From Antedon mediterranea (taxonomy: Eukaryota > Animalia > Echinodermata), in NCBI RefSeq assembly GCF_964355755.1, contig NC_092677.1, positions 22,369,175-22,433,174 of the forward strand: DNA of 64,000 nt, given 5' to 3'. Of the stretch, positions 23,774 to 35,447 are shown piece after piece. A program made the position numbers and the translations under genes. Each line of letters begins with the position of its first letter. The first letter of the stretch is position 1. The notes below the pieces were generated by a model. That model was not told the origin of the DNA. It worked only from the letters and a program-made list of their open reading frames with translations, and ran no database searches.

Positions 23774-25783
23774 GTTAAATACTATTTGGATATTTAATTG
23801 TTCGTTTTATGCAATTTATTTAGTAAAAACTGCCGTATAAACAGTTTGCTTTATCAACCGGGCGCTACGATAGCGTGACCGGGCGTGTTGGTGTTTACGC
23901 GTTTTCACGAAGGATAGTTTAATAATATTCCTATATTTAACTTGTTTCTGGTAAAACAAATAAATGTTAATGACATTTAACATTTTGTCCTATTAATAAC
24001 ATGTATTTTATACTAATTTATATCATAAAAACAATACTTAATTTACCGGGCGTAGAGTAGTACACGGCAATGGTAAAGAATAGGCCGTGCTGAGTAACGA
24101 TTCGTTGATTTTTGGTGTTGCTGTGTTAGGCCTTTTTTGTGAACTAACTTAGCATGTTAGTAAATAATTGTCTGTAAAAGTGAATGTTACTAGTTTGTTA
24201 ATAAATATGTATTATAAAATGGTTTACAATTGCAAAATATATTATCATAATTCTATTTAATGTGACATATAATATCTATTAAATCAAGTCTTATTTAGTA
24301 TGTATACATCCGCCCTTATGAGGGCAGGCATCACTCTCTGGTGCTCTCTGTTACAAATTTCTCATGCAAAAATCGCGGAATACTCATTCTTGTGATATAT
24401 ATTCTTTGATTTGGCCAATCACAGTTCTTTATTTTTGGTCATATTTTTGTGACGTGTTGGACCTGATAATGAAGCTCCGCCTACTTCACAATAACCTGAG
24501 TAACAAAAACATAAATGGCCAATCATAATTCGGGAAATTTGCTTGATTATGAGAGGCTCTGCCTACTTCATCTCTTGTTATGGCCACAGCAGCGCGCGAG
24601 TGGTTTTTTTTGCTAACGTTGCCAAAAGGCATGTCTTTTTATGCTTGAATTTTTTTTATGAAGTCATTTCGTCCCAATTTCGAGTTCCCACAACCCACTA
24701 GCCATCTGGGCTTAAAGGAAGATACTTTAGGTAGCCCGGAGCTGTTTTTACTAGCCATTGTACGCCGGGCTAGCACTAAATCGAGCCCTGTCTAAAGTGA
24801 ATAGTCCCGGGCCGAATCGTCCTGGAACCTGCATTTCGGCCGCCGGTTATGGAATGACCAAATTCATGAAACGCCAAAAATGACAAAATATGGCATGATC
24901 ATTTCGGCTGCCAGGTATGGCGCGCCAAATTTAAATAGCCAGAAATAACGGTGTACAGTATTACAGTGAACAAAATAACTTTACAAAGTCTATGGAACGC
25001 CACAGAGAACTACTGTATGGTCATTTAAACCAGCAGAGATCAGTTGTGCAATGGGCTAAATACAGTACATTTTTTTGTCGTAGATTTAAAGTTATATTAT
25101 TTTACTGTCTGAATATTTTGGTCAAAATGAGTATTGATTAAATGTTTATTTTTTTTATTATTTTACAGGTCCCAAAGATGCGTGTGCTTTGTAAAAATGT
25201 GTTTCTTTATGAATATAATAAATGTAAAACATACGAATAAAAGTGTTTTTGACTGGTACATAAAAAAACTTCAGCATCACCTCCTTCTTATTAAAAAAAA
25301 TGATAGCTTTGCGATAAGGGAAGTTTCATTTATAATTTCAAAAACAAAATTCCCTAGGATGAGTTTTACAAGGCTCATTAAACATTAGTGCCTTGGTTTT
25401 AATACCTTGGAGTACAATGATCTTTGAAGCTGCCGCTAACGATAACCGTATGTATATCTCTGAGATTTTTCTTTGTCATTGTTGGACGCATTTCGTCATA
25501 AAATATTTGTTTAAAAAAAACGAATCCGACGCTAAACAGTTACTATGCGCTAAGCAAGTAGGCGTATCTTTTTTTTATATAATGTGGTCTTCTTTTTGCA
25601 CACTTCATATTAAATTTCAATAAACATGCGATGACGCACGATGCATTGTTTATTTGTTTGTCCAAATATCCAAGGAAGAGGGTTCGATCAAATACGCGGA
25701 GATTCTTTTTTTTCTCATTCAAATCAGATAGTAGCACACAGTTTGGTATACTGTGTACTTTCGTTTAGGTTGGCATATTTTAT

Positions 25784-26825
25784 TCAGTTTGCCGCCGCAT
25801 GACCAAAACACAAACGATCCTGCCACGAGACAACATCGACACTGAACCATTTACACAGTTTTTCTCGGACGTCAATAGCATCTTTGCTACTGTGGAACCC
25901 TCTGTGCTCCAAACTAAGTAGGGCCTTCTACTGATTCTATTGATGATATATCTGGATCATCTGACACCATTGGTGTTGGCCCCGTTTTACGTATAAAATT
26001 ATGCAGGACTGTTGCACACAGTACAACTTTGTCCACGTTGGCCAGCTTCAGCTCCAGCTTACAATGAAAAATGCGAAACTTGTTGGCCAGGATGCCAAAT
26101 ACATTTTTAGAGATTCGCCTAGCACGGCTGTGGCGGTAGTTGTATATCCTTTTATCTCTGTCAAGTTTTTTACCTGAAACATAAATAATTCTAATTCTTT
26201 ATGATGTGTTGGTGTCGACAAAGTCTTACTATATTTTTTTAGACCTGCCATCACAATAAATAATAGAATAAAAATCATTCTGTCTTATTACCTGGGTATG
26301 GTCTCATGACGTTTGTTTTAAGGGGGGAAATGCTTCGTCCCCTACAATCACAGGGGGCACTGGACCCAACTCTGGTATATCTGGTAAAACTTTAGGTGGT
26401 GGTATGCCTAAAGTATTTTCTTCTAAAACAATTTTTAATTGCATTTTAGAGAAAATACCTCCATCACTGCTAGAACCATAGTTGCCAACGTCTACACAGA
26501 TAAAATTGTAATTTGCATCTACTATTAGGCCATTAACACAATGGAGTAGGTTCCCATGTAGTTGTAAAATAGGGAACCACAATTTCCAGGGGCTTTGATT
26601 GTTACGTGCTTCCCGTCAATAGCTCCGAAGCAGTTTTGGAAATTCCACCGTCTTTCAAAATCGGCTGATATGTCGGCCCATTCACCTTTAGTATGCAGGG
26701 CCATATACTGGTTGGAGTTTTTTCCAGATAGCATCTGCCACCTCCATTACTATCGCGCTTTTTATTGTGCTAATTCCTACACGGAAATTGTAATGCAGAG
26801 AGGTTTGTCTCCTGAGGCAAGGAAT
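25784..26825 (-). pseudogene. PIF/Harbinger transposase (HARBI1-like, DDE_Tnp_4) pseudogene with introns and frameshifts
   Basis: FLASGD...HYNFRVGIST; [15 protein letters not shown]; VDVGNYGSSSDGGIF; VGDEAF; MRPYPG then gtaata intron; KRIYNYRHSRARRISKNVFGILANKFRIF...VLHNFIR; stop at 25786-25784. Confidence 0.9.
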
Positions 26826-26865
26826 CTAGAAAAAGATATACAAAAAATATATAAAATCAATTTAG

Positions 26866-27589
26866 TGTTACAGGCTCGCTCGTTAGGCTGGAACCAACAA
26901 TAAGAATATAACAAAACACGTTGTAGTTGTCGTCCATCTTTATTTATCTCCTTTCTTTTTCTCTAGAGGGCTCACTTCCGTGTGACAAACCCATCACACA
27001 CCCCCACTTAAAGAAAGTTTGATATGATTAAACTGTTTTACTATAACATCTAAAATCTTTTCTCATACAGTAGTTATTTTAACAGGTCATTGATATGATT
27101 TTTCTTCAACTGCTTCTTTAAAATTTCACAAGTTCTAATGACTTTAAATCTGTGTATGCCATTAATGCATCACTCTATCACAACTAAAATATAATATTTA
27201 AATAAACACTTTTAAAGTCAACAAAACTTTTAAGAATCATTTTATGTTTTATCTAAACCTCAGCTACAACATTGTCCTTTCCTCTGATATGATGAATTTC
27301 CAGATTCATTTCTTGAACTGCTAAACTCCATCGCAACAAGCGTTGATTTTTGTCCTTCATTTTTGCCAAGAACGTTAATGGGTTGTGGTCAGTCCAAACT
27401 ACAATTGTAAACGGAGTAGATTCAAGATAAACCTTAAAGTGCTTTAATCAAAGCTAATGTCTCCTTCTCAACAGTAGAATAACGCTTCTCATGCTGGTTG
27501 AATTTTCTCAAGAAGAAACAACCAGGCTTGTCAAAACCATTCTTATCTGTTTGTGCCAACACAGCACCAGAACCAACATCACTGGCATC
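26866..27589 (-). mobile_element. Ty3/Gypsy LTR retrotransposon 3' remnant (RNase H, PPT, short 3' LTR)
   Basis: DASDVGSGAVLAQ...RYSTVEKETLA...WTDHNPL...RLLRWSL...HIRGKDNVVA (27589 to about 27255). Purine tract aagtggggg near 27009-27001, then tgtga...aataaa...tgtaaca ending at 26866. Confidence 0.8.
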
Positions 27590-29530
27590 GAATACGAATT
27601 TGGCCTGTCAACATGACCAAGTATTTTATGTAATAAAGTTGTAACTGCATCTTCTACCCCCCTTTTGGAACAGTAGGCAAATTGACATGGATCCAAAAGA
27701 CTTGGTCTCGCTTAAAATCTCATTCTTAATTAATTTTTCGAAACATTTCATAGGTACAGCAGTTTGGTAATGGGCCTATAGTCATTGAGAGCTTCAGGTT
27801 TATTATTCTTTGACAATGACAGAGGGTGAATTAAGGATTTTTTTTTAAGGAATTTCAAATTACGCAGTGACCAACGAAAAAACTTGCGAGAGTTGCTCAT
27901 TGCACTCTTTTAGCACCTTTCCACTGACTTTATCCGGCCCTACTGCTTTCTTGATGTTAATTTTCCCAAACATGAACTTGACACAGGGTTGTCATGTAAT
28001 CCGCTATCTACTATCTTGTTAATAGTTTGAGATCTATTTGCACTAAAGTCCTTGTCGTTTAACTCGTTGGCAATTTTTTTGCTATTTCCTGCTGTAATAT
28101 TATTACCCATCTTATTTCCATAACCTGTCATGTTGCGCATACTATTCCATACCTGCTTGCTGTTTCCAGACTTGAACTTTTCCTTCACTTTTTTTCCATA
28201 CCGTTTCTTACTGCGAGCTATTTCTTTTTTTAATTCCTTCTGTATTTTTCTCCTTTCATCGTGGTTAGCACATTTTTGCTTTCTTTGCACTACTTTCTTA
28301 ATATTTCCATTTAGCCAGGGTTTATTATTAGGGAACAGCTTAATTTTCCTTTCCTTAATAATACTTCCAACACAAAAATCAATGTATCCGGATATCGCGT
28401 CTGTCGCATCATCAATTGTGGCACCTTCCATAAAAATATTCCAGTCGGTTGACTCAAAACATCCTTTTAACTTTTCAATGTTTTCGTAGGACCACTCTTT
28501 TACAGACCTGATAATAAGTTTAATTGCCTTTATTCTCTGAACATATTTAGGCATCAGGTGAACAGACTTATGGTCAGAAGAACCAATTCCTGGTTTTATC
28601 ACGCATTTATAAGTCTTAGTAACATTGCCATAGCATTTATCAAGAATGTTCTCACCTCTAGTAGGTTTGTCTACATACTGGTGGTAGTGTGGTACTGCTT
28701 TATTTAGCTCGCACTGATTAAAGTCGCCTGCAATGATTATAACCGCGTCAGGTGAGTCATTCTCCATGTCTCTTATCAGATCATGTAAATAATCAGCTGA
28801 TTTTTTCACAATTGCTGAGGTGGTAATGTATACGACAGTAATAAAAAATTTAGGAAATTCCCTTGGGAGATAATAAGGCCTAAGAGAGAGCGTAAGTACT
28901 TCGATATCTGGTGAACAGTATTGTCTGAAAATGCTCACATTAGAGCACCAGCGGTTATTTATATAAATGCATACACCTCCCCCACATTCCTTAAGCGCAT
29001 CTGGTGTCCTATCTCCTCATACGCCATCAATATGGCTGTAACTTTGAGTGTCCTTATTTGGTTAGAACCATGTTTCTGTCACAACCATTACATCTCTGTA
29101 GTCATTCAAGGTAGATACCTTTGTCGTGAGTTTATCCAGCTTCTCCCCGACAGATTGAGCATTGAACATTATAATCGAAGGAAGCGGTGGATTGAAGGTT
29201 CTATGCTTCAGCCTTTGACGAACGCCGCCTGTCCTACCCCGCTTCCTAGGCTTCCTAGGTTTAAATTCTCGTGTAAAATCATCCGCGAAAGCGGGCTTCC
29301 TGCTAGACAATGGGCTAACCTGCAGTGATTTTAGGGCCTGGCTACTGTACACCAATCTCCTTGATACTGCGCTTAAACACACCTAGAAATCACAAAAATC
29401 CACAAGACAGGGAAACACAAGTCAACGATAAAGTTTGTCAAACGTCAACAATATTAAAAAATCAATCCAAAAAGCGACTTCATTTATGCAGAGTGTGGAC
29501 AAACGCGTCGCTAACGAAGCAGCGCCATCA
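27590..29530 (-). mobile_element. Rex1/Babar-type LINE, 5' half (endonuclease and start of RT), 3'-truncated and degraded
   Basis: RKRGRTGGVRQRLK...PPLPSII...TETW; LRPYYLPREF; AGDFN; PTRGENILD; SSDH; QFAY...GVEDA. A gatggcgc 5' motif occurs near 29529. Confidence 0.85.
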
Positions 29531-29929
29531 ACAGATTCGTCAGAAACTTATAAAACCAAAACAAGTTTGGTATCAAAATGTTTGTCAAAAGTTATGCTTC
29601 AACACGGACCTTTGCGCAGGGTTTGAACAAATATTTCATGCCCATAATGCATCTGACAATTGACATGTCAAGGTTCATATTACAATCAAAGGTAAACAAT
29701 ATGACGCGGCCCTCGTGAGGACATGGCCACAACTTTTCTCCGGTAGAAAAATCACATTTTTACATGGAAATATGACGATTTCAACACTGCAACTGATACA
29801 TAATCTTTATTTATTATACATTTATTGTATACAAACAAGCTGTTATTTGATTGTCAATTGGCTGTATTTACAAAGGGCTTTCACACACGCGATGCTGGCT
29901 ATACTAGCAGCAGCTGGAAGGATGACAGC

Positions 29930-31070
29930 CAGCCGCGTAACAAGGGGGTCTTGTCAGGGGGGGCCAACAGGGGGGGGCAAACAGGGGCTGATCCTTCCAG
30001 ACACCAAGTACTTGAGCCACAGCCCCCCCCCCATGGTGGGGGGGGGGGGGCTGTGGCGAAGCGAATTTTGGTAAATGACACCCTAGATCGTCGGAAATGT
30101 TACTCTCGCACATAAAATTCATGATAAATGGCGCCTCCAACTAGTAGTAGTTGGCCTTGAAATAACACTCCCATTTATGGCACAGCAATCAGCAAAATGA
30201 TTGTACATTTTCCACCGTTAAAAACACAGGTGACATAACATTTGAACACGTGAAAACCCAATCTAACATTGGATCCGCGCCTGGCAAAGGTAGTAATTTT
30301 TCCGGTTAGATGACTAAAAGATTGAGTATTGGAGCGACAGCCAACCACGAAAGTACGTTTGTTTTGCTGATCGCTAACGCGTTACATACGATTAGTAGGA
30401 GTGTATTTTTTTAAGGTGGCCTCACATGCACAGCAAAGCGTCACACAATTGTGTATGAGATGCCCGCGCGTGTTCTATGAACCGGAACCGACACAAACAC
30501 AAACAAATACGACATATTAATTCAATGTATATTAAGATAAGCCATATACTCGTGTGTTTGAACTAAATAAACTATACCGTAGTCTATAAAAATTAAGTGT
30601 TACTTAGTAATTGTCCACTTTGTCTGTGATGATTTGAATTTTATAAGCATTTTAAGTTGAACATTTCGTCTTCCTGTAACTGTCATGCAACTAAATGTGT
30701 TGATAACGAGACTCTCTGTACCTAAACTTTGCACCGTGGACAGTCAAAATGTGGCTTCGCAGCCTATCTCTTCTTAATGTTTTTTTACAATAAAAACACA
30801 TTGTTCGTTCTTTTGAGAACATCGCGGAATGAATTTAATAATTTTATTCTATGCGAAAAGAAAGTGAATGCCTGTCCGGGAGTGAATGAAATGCTGTAAT
30901 GCCCTTACAGGTAGGCAATTCGGCAAATGCATGGCGGCTTAGATAAAAGACGCCAAAAACCACAGTCAACTGACCGCATGTTAATGTACTGATAAGCAGT
31001 GCGTCTTCCCACGAGTTGTCAGTCAGAATTTTGTGTATTTCATATCATCTTACTTGAATACTGTGAGGTA
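29930..31070 (+). mobile_element. hAT-like non-autonomous element copy A; inverted copy B lies at about 40770-41051 plus 46277-46595
   Basis: Starts cagccgcgtaac. Blocks 29930-30040, 30100-30465 and 30930-31060 are mirrored in copy B. A possible distal end is near 31708 but no TSD was found. Confidence 0.6.
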
Positions 31071-32891
31071 ATACAGTAGAAGTAAATTGGTGCTTGAAAG
31101 CAGGCAGGGGAATGGGGAATCCCCTTTGGCGACGCTAATTGCTGGTTTAAGGAGCGCAATCGCGCGGCACTCCTTAAAAATGATGGACTGATCGCTTTTG
31201 GAAATTCCCATTTATTGTGTAAAAAGAGTGATGGTCACAAAGAGGAGACCTACGCAAGAAAGATCAAGTAATTCAGCAAGGAGTTGTTAATTAGAACTGC
31301 TTATATAAGCAGGCCTAGAATAACCATAACACTCTCTACACTCCACACGTGGCGAATGTCCCCTACGAAAGCAACACATGCGCAGTGTAACTGAAATTAA
31401 CTAACTTTTTCTGCGGGGCTAATACTATAGTCTGAGACGGCAAATAATGTAAAAACAAATTTTCTTTGTAAAATATATTTGAAAATCGAAATACACTGGA
31501 AACAGCAGGATTACTACTAGCTATTTTTATGATACAATCTTGCTATTCAGTAATACAAGTAACATTTGCCTGCTGGCTATACTACAGAAAAGGCAAAAAA
31601 TCATCATAATATGGCTAGGCCTATGCCTAGGCTAGTCTAGTTTGAAAGGGCACTTCAGGAAAAGGGGGGTTCGTTCGAACCCTACGAACCCATTTGGCTA
31701 CAGGCTTGCGTCTGAAATCGGTCAAATGAATGAGCTTTATTTTGATGTGTCAACATTGTGCAGCGAACTGGCGATCAAAATGGATCAAAATGTTGTCAAA
31801 CACTTTCAACTGAATTTAAGCAAAATTTTAGCGTAGATCGTGAATAAATTGTTAGGCTTGAGGAAAATACATGTTTTTAAAACTCTCTTTTCATAATTTT
31901 AATTAAATTTCGAGAGTTTATATCAGGTAGACAAATTTTTAAATAGTGAAATATTTCGAAAATGCAAAAACATGTAATCTGGCAGGGTAGTCGATTTGGA
32001 CGTATTTTGACTGATAATGTGAATTTTGAAATGCCGACAAAGAGAGGGTTTTGCCAGAATGGGTCACATATCAATACAAATCAATTTTTAGCTGTTGGCC
32101 AAAAAAAAAATTGGGATGCTTGGTTTAGTACAGAGGCCAAAATGTCAATATGGTAAAAGTTAGGACTGTGTAACTTCTTGGTAACTACTGGGTGTATTGG
32201 AATATTTTTTTTGCCAAACTACTCCAGACATATATATCTATTCACTCTAACCCCTTTTCTTACCACTGTCTAAGAAATTGGCTATATGAATATCTATCAA
32301 CCACTGGTCAGAAAGTGATTATTGTGGTCTCAAATTACTCGCAAAGTATATTTTTATATTTGTTCTAATGTAATAAAATCATAAAACCGTCAAAAACCCC
32401 CTAATTTTGACCTTTGACATATAGCCGGCACAAACATTTTTTGGCTTGGAGCATATTTCTATTCACTTTAATGGACAACTTTTGGCAAAAATGACTGTGA
32501 AACTTTATTTTTTACCATTGATCAAGGAAATAGCCATATCAATATCTCAGCAACCACTAGTCAGAAAGTTATAATTTTAGTCTCAAATTACTCGCAAAAT
32601 ATATACAACAGAAATACACAAAATGTTAGCTGGTACAAACATTTTGGCATGGAGCACACTTACATTTTTAACTAGCGAATGTTGTGTTTGCTAATATCAA
32701 AATACACTCGTATTGATATCACTCTAATGAGAACAGTTGTGTCCAAAGACATATCATGACCACTGATCAAGAAAGTGACCATAGAAATATTTTGCAACCA
32801 GGTCACAAACAACTAGACAACTAAACTAAATTTGTTGGCTTTCTTCTTACAAATCATATTAATTATTATTGTACACTTCCATTACAGAAGT

Positions 32892-33039
32892 ATGGCTGAA
32901 ATGTTGCAATGTAACATGGATAATGTGTTTGATACAGTATTAGGAAATCTTCAATTAATTCTTGATGAATTGCATGGAGGAGAAACCAGAAGACAAATCG
33001 GTGAACACTTTAAGCTTGAAGATTTTTGGATCAAGATAG
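32892..33039 (+). CDS. CCNDBP1: Cyclin-D1-binding protein 1 (GCIP)-like, first coding exon
   Basis: Acceptor cattacag ending at 32887. MAEMLQCNMDNVFDTVLGNLQLILDELHGGETRRQIGEHFKLEDFWIKI+G, then a gtttgt donor (phase 1) that joins in frame to 51524. Resembles the GE...EEF..E.FW N-terminal segment. Confidence 0.75.
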
Positions 33040-33084
33040 GTTTGTTTTTTTATACCCTTATCTGCATAAATTATTACAACTTGT

Positions 33085-33139
33085 AATCGGGAGATAAAGC
33101 CTGGTTTAACAAGTTGTAACCAGGCTTTATCTCCCGATT
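33085..33139. repeat. Perfect 22-bp inverted repeat hairpin
   Basis: aatcgggagataaagcctggtt (33085-33106), 11-nt loop, aaccaggctttatctcccgatt (33118-33139). Confidence 0.85.
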
Positions 33140-33960
33140 TATTGCACGTTTTCATACAAGCATATTATATATGAATAATTCAATAAATCAAAATTACACC
33201 TTCTTTTGCGTATTTTGAGCCAACTTCAGATGTGACTCCAAACTCTGTTTTGCTAGCTCTACAGTATTTGGGTTTGTGGTATTATTCTATTTATTTATTC
33301 TTTTACAAAGAGAAACTGACTCTCTTATTTATTATTATTTTTTTTTTTCCTCCTTCCTTTCTTCCTTTTCCCTTTTCTCTTATTTATATAAATATATATA
33401 CATGTTATTGTTAGTACGAATATATATTAGTAAAAAGATTCATCTGGATCACTGTATAGTATATTATTATTAATAATATATATTATTATTTAATCTATCC
33501 TTTATATAATTACATGATCGCAATTTAGAGACATACCCAAAATTATTTTTAGAGTTCAATTTTTAAAATTAATCCAAGGTTGATTAAGGTCAGGGAATGT
33601 GACTAAAATTGGCAATATATATATTGGCCTTTACATAATGCGTGATTGATTGAAATGCTTTTGTACTGTATATACACTTGCATCTAGTCCATGGGCCAGA
33701 CATTTTTTCGGTATCAAATTGGTGGCAAATGCTATCATACATTTTTGGAAAGCTTAGCATGTCTACGTTTCAGAAATCCATGATAGCAATGCCAATTGTA
33801 CAGCTTAATAGTAATTTTTTATTTAAGATTATATAATACCGCCTATGAAAAATATGCAACACAAAATGTTGGGGTAGGGTGTAACATTTTTGCTAATAAC
33901 TTGGGATTTAGTGAACAGATTTGCATTTTGGTATCAGTATGTAGTGTATAGACTGCTTAA

Positions 33961-34688
33961 CACTTTCACCGCCAGGCATTCAATAAAGGAAGTACCCCTC
34001 ACCGCCAGCCATTTTAGATAAATTTACCTGTTTTTCAAAGCTCATAGCAAAGGTGTTTGTAATCAGAATAACATGCAATATACACTCAAATAATGAGATA
34101 GAAATAAACTTTCCAATGGTACCAAACACTTTATTGAAATAAAACTGTAATATCACATAATTGTACAAAGAACTTGGCTCACTTTTAGCACTTTAGGCTC
34201 AATCGGAGAACAAAGCAGAGATAATGAGGTTTTTAGTCTGGCTGCACCGTCTGTCAGTGTCACGTTTCTCAACCTATTCTACAAACTAGTCTAAGCCAGG
34301 CTAGCTAAATTATCTCCAATTATTTATTACATTTTATAAACCAGATTTAGGTACAAATATACCTTCATCATCTGGGGATAATAAATACTCATTTTCAGAG
34401 TCAGAGTCGGCAAATATTTCTGCAATTGCTTCATCTGCAGTAAGCACATTATGTTGTTTACGGATAGGACGCGATGTAGGCCAGCTGGGTCATTGGCACT
34501 AGGGGTTAATAAAGTATCAAAATATTTGCGGTCCAGGTCGATTTGGATGTTGAAATTTCTATATGCGGTCCATATATACATGATCTAACAAATTGTGCAA
34601 TAAAAAGCCAAAGACGGAAATTTCCGTCTTTGGCGGTCTGGCGCTGGGCATCGAAAGACGGAGATTTCCGTCTTTGGCGGTGAAAGTG
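33961..34688. mobile_element. piggyBac-like MITE, TTAA TSD
   Basis: TTAA|cactttcaccgcca ... tggcggtgaaagtg|TTAA, with two aaagacgga.atttccgtcttt palindromes near the right end. Absent from the mirror Academ arm. Confidence 0.85.
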
Positions 34689-35447
34689 TTAAGTGTACTA
34701 TATTTTTGTAAGTAAATCCAACAAATATTGACGACATTAGAGGTCAGAAGGTCATTGAACTTTAATAAAAAATGAATTTTTTTCTAATATTAACTTATAA
34801 CTTTCAGTTAAAAAAAATAAAAATACAATAGATATTATGCAAACTGATGTTTTCATGAACATATAGATTCAATAAAGAAGAAAATTGAAATTAAAGATTA
34901 ACAAAAATAAATTTTGTCGTTTTCAGTAATTTCTAATCGTTTACAATTATAGGGTAGGGTGTAACATTTTTGTGAATAACTTACAATTTAGTTAACAGAT
35001 TTGCATTTTCTTGCTATCAGTATGTAGTGTATAGATTGCCTAATTGTAATATAATTTTAAAAAATGAATCCAACATTTAGTCAATGACCTTTAATCAAAA
35101 ATGCAATTTCTTCTAAATTAGCTTATAAATTTCAATTTTAAACACAAAAGTACAAGATATCTTATGCAAACTAATGTTTTCGTAAACCTATAGACACAAT
35201 AAATAAGCAAATTGAATTTAACAGTCTTTCAAAATTGAATATGCTGTGCATTATAAAGAAACTTGTTCGTCATTAGTAATCGTTGACAATAATGGGGTAG
35301 GGGGTAACATTTTTGCAAATAACTTAAGATTTAGTGAACAGATTTGCATTTTCATGTTATACTTAAAGAGATCTTATGTTAATGTTTTTATAGACACAAT
35401 GAACAAGAAAATTGAAATTAAACAAATATTCTATGAATTTATAATTA

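Larger units (their letters stand above)
19227..24408. mobile_element. P-element-like non-autonomous element, 7-bp TSD, with three nested insertions
   Basis: Termini CAAAGAATATA...tatcacaagaatgagta.tccgcgatttt (left TIR split by the MULE at 19239) and ...cattcttgtgatatatattctttg. TSD atttggc at 19220-19226 and 24409-24415. Confidence 0.75.

Noticed and set aside
25784-26825. Domesticated host HARBI1 gene
   Set aside because: Multiple frameshifts, the catalytic Glu motif reads SKN instead of VEN, and the upstream exon is displaced by retroelements.
29930-31708. Complete hAT element ending at gctacaggcttg (31708)
   Set aside because: Termini match only loosely and no TSD of 5-8 bp was found, so the distal boundary is not asserted.
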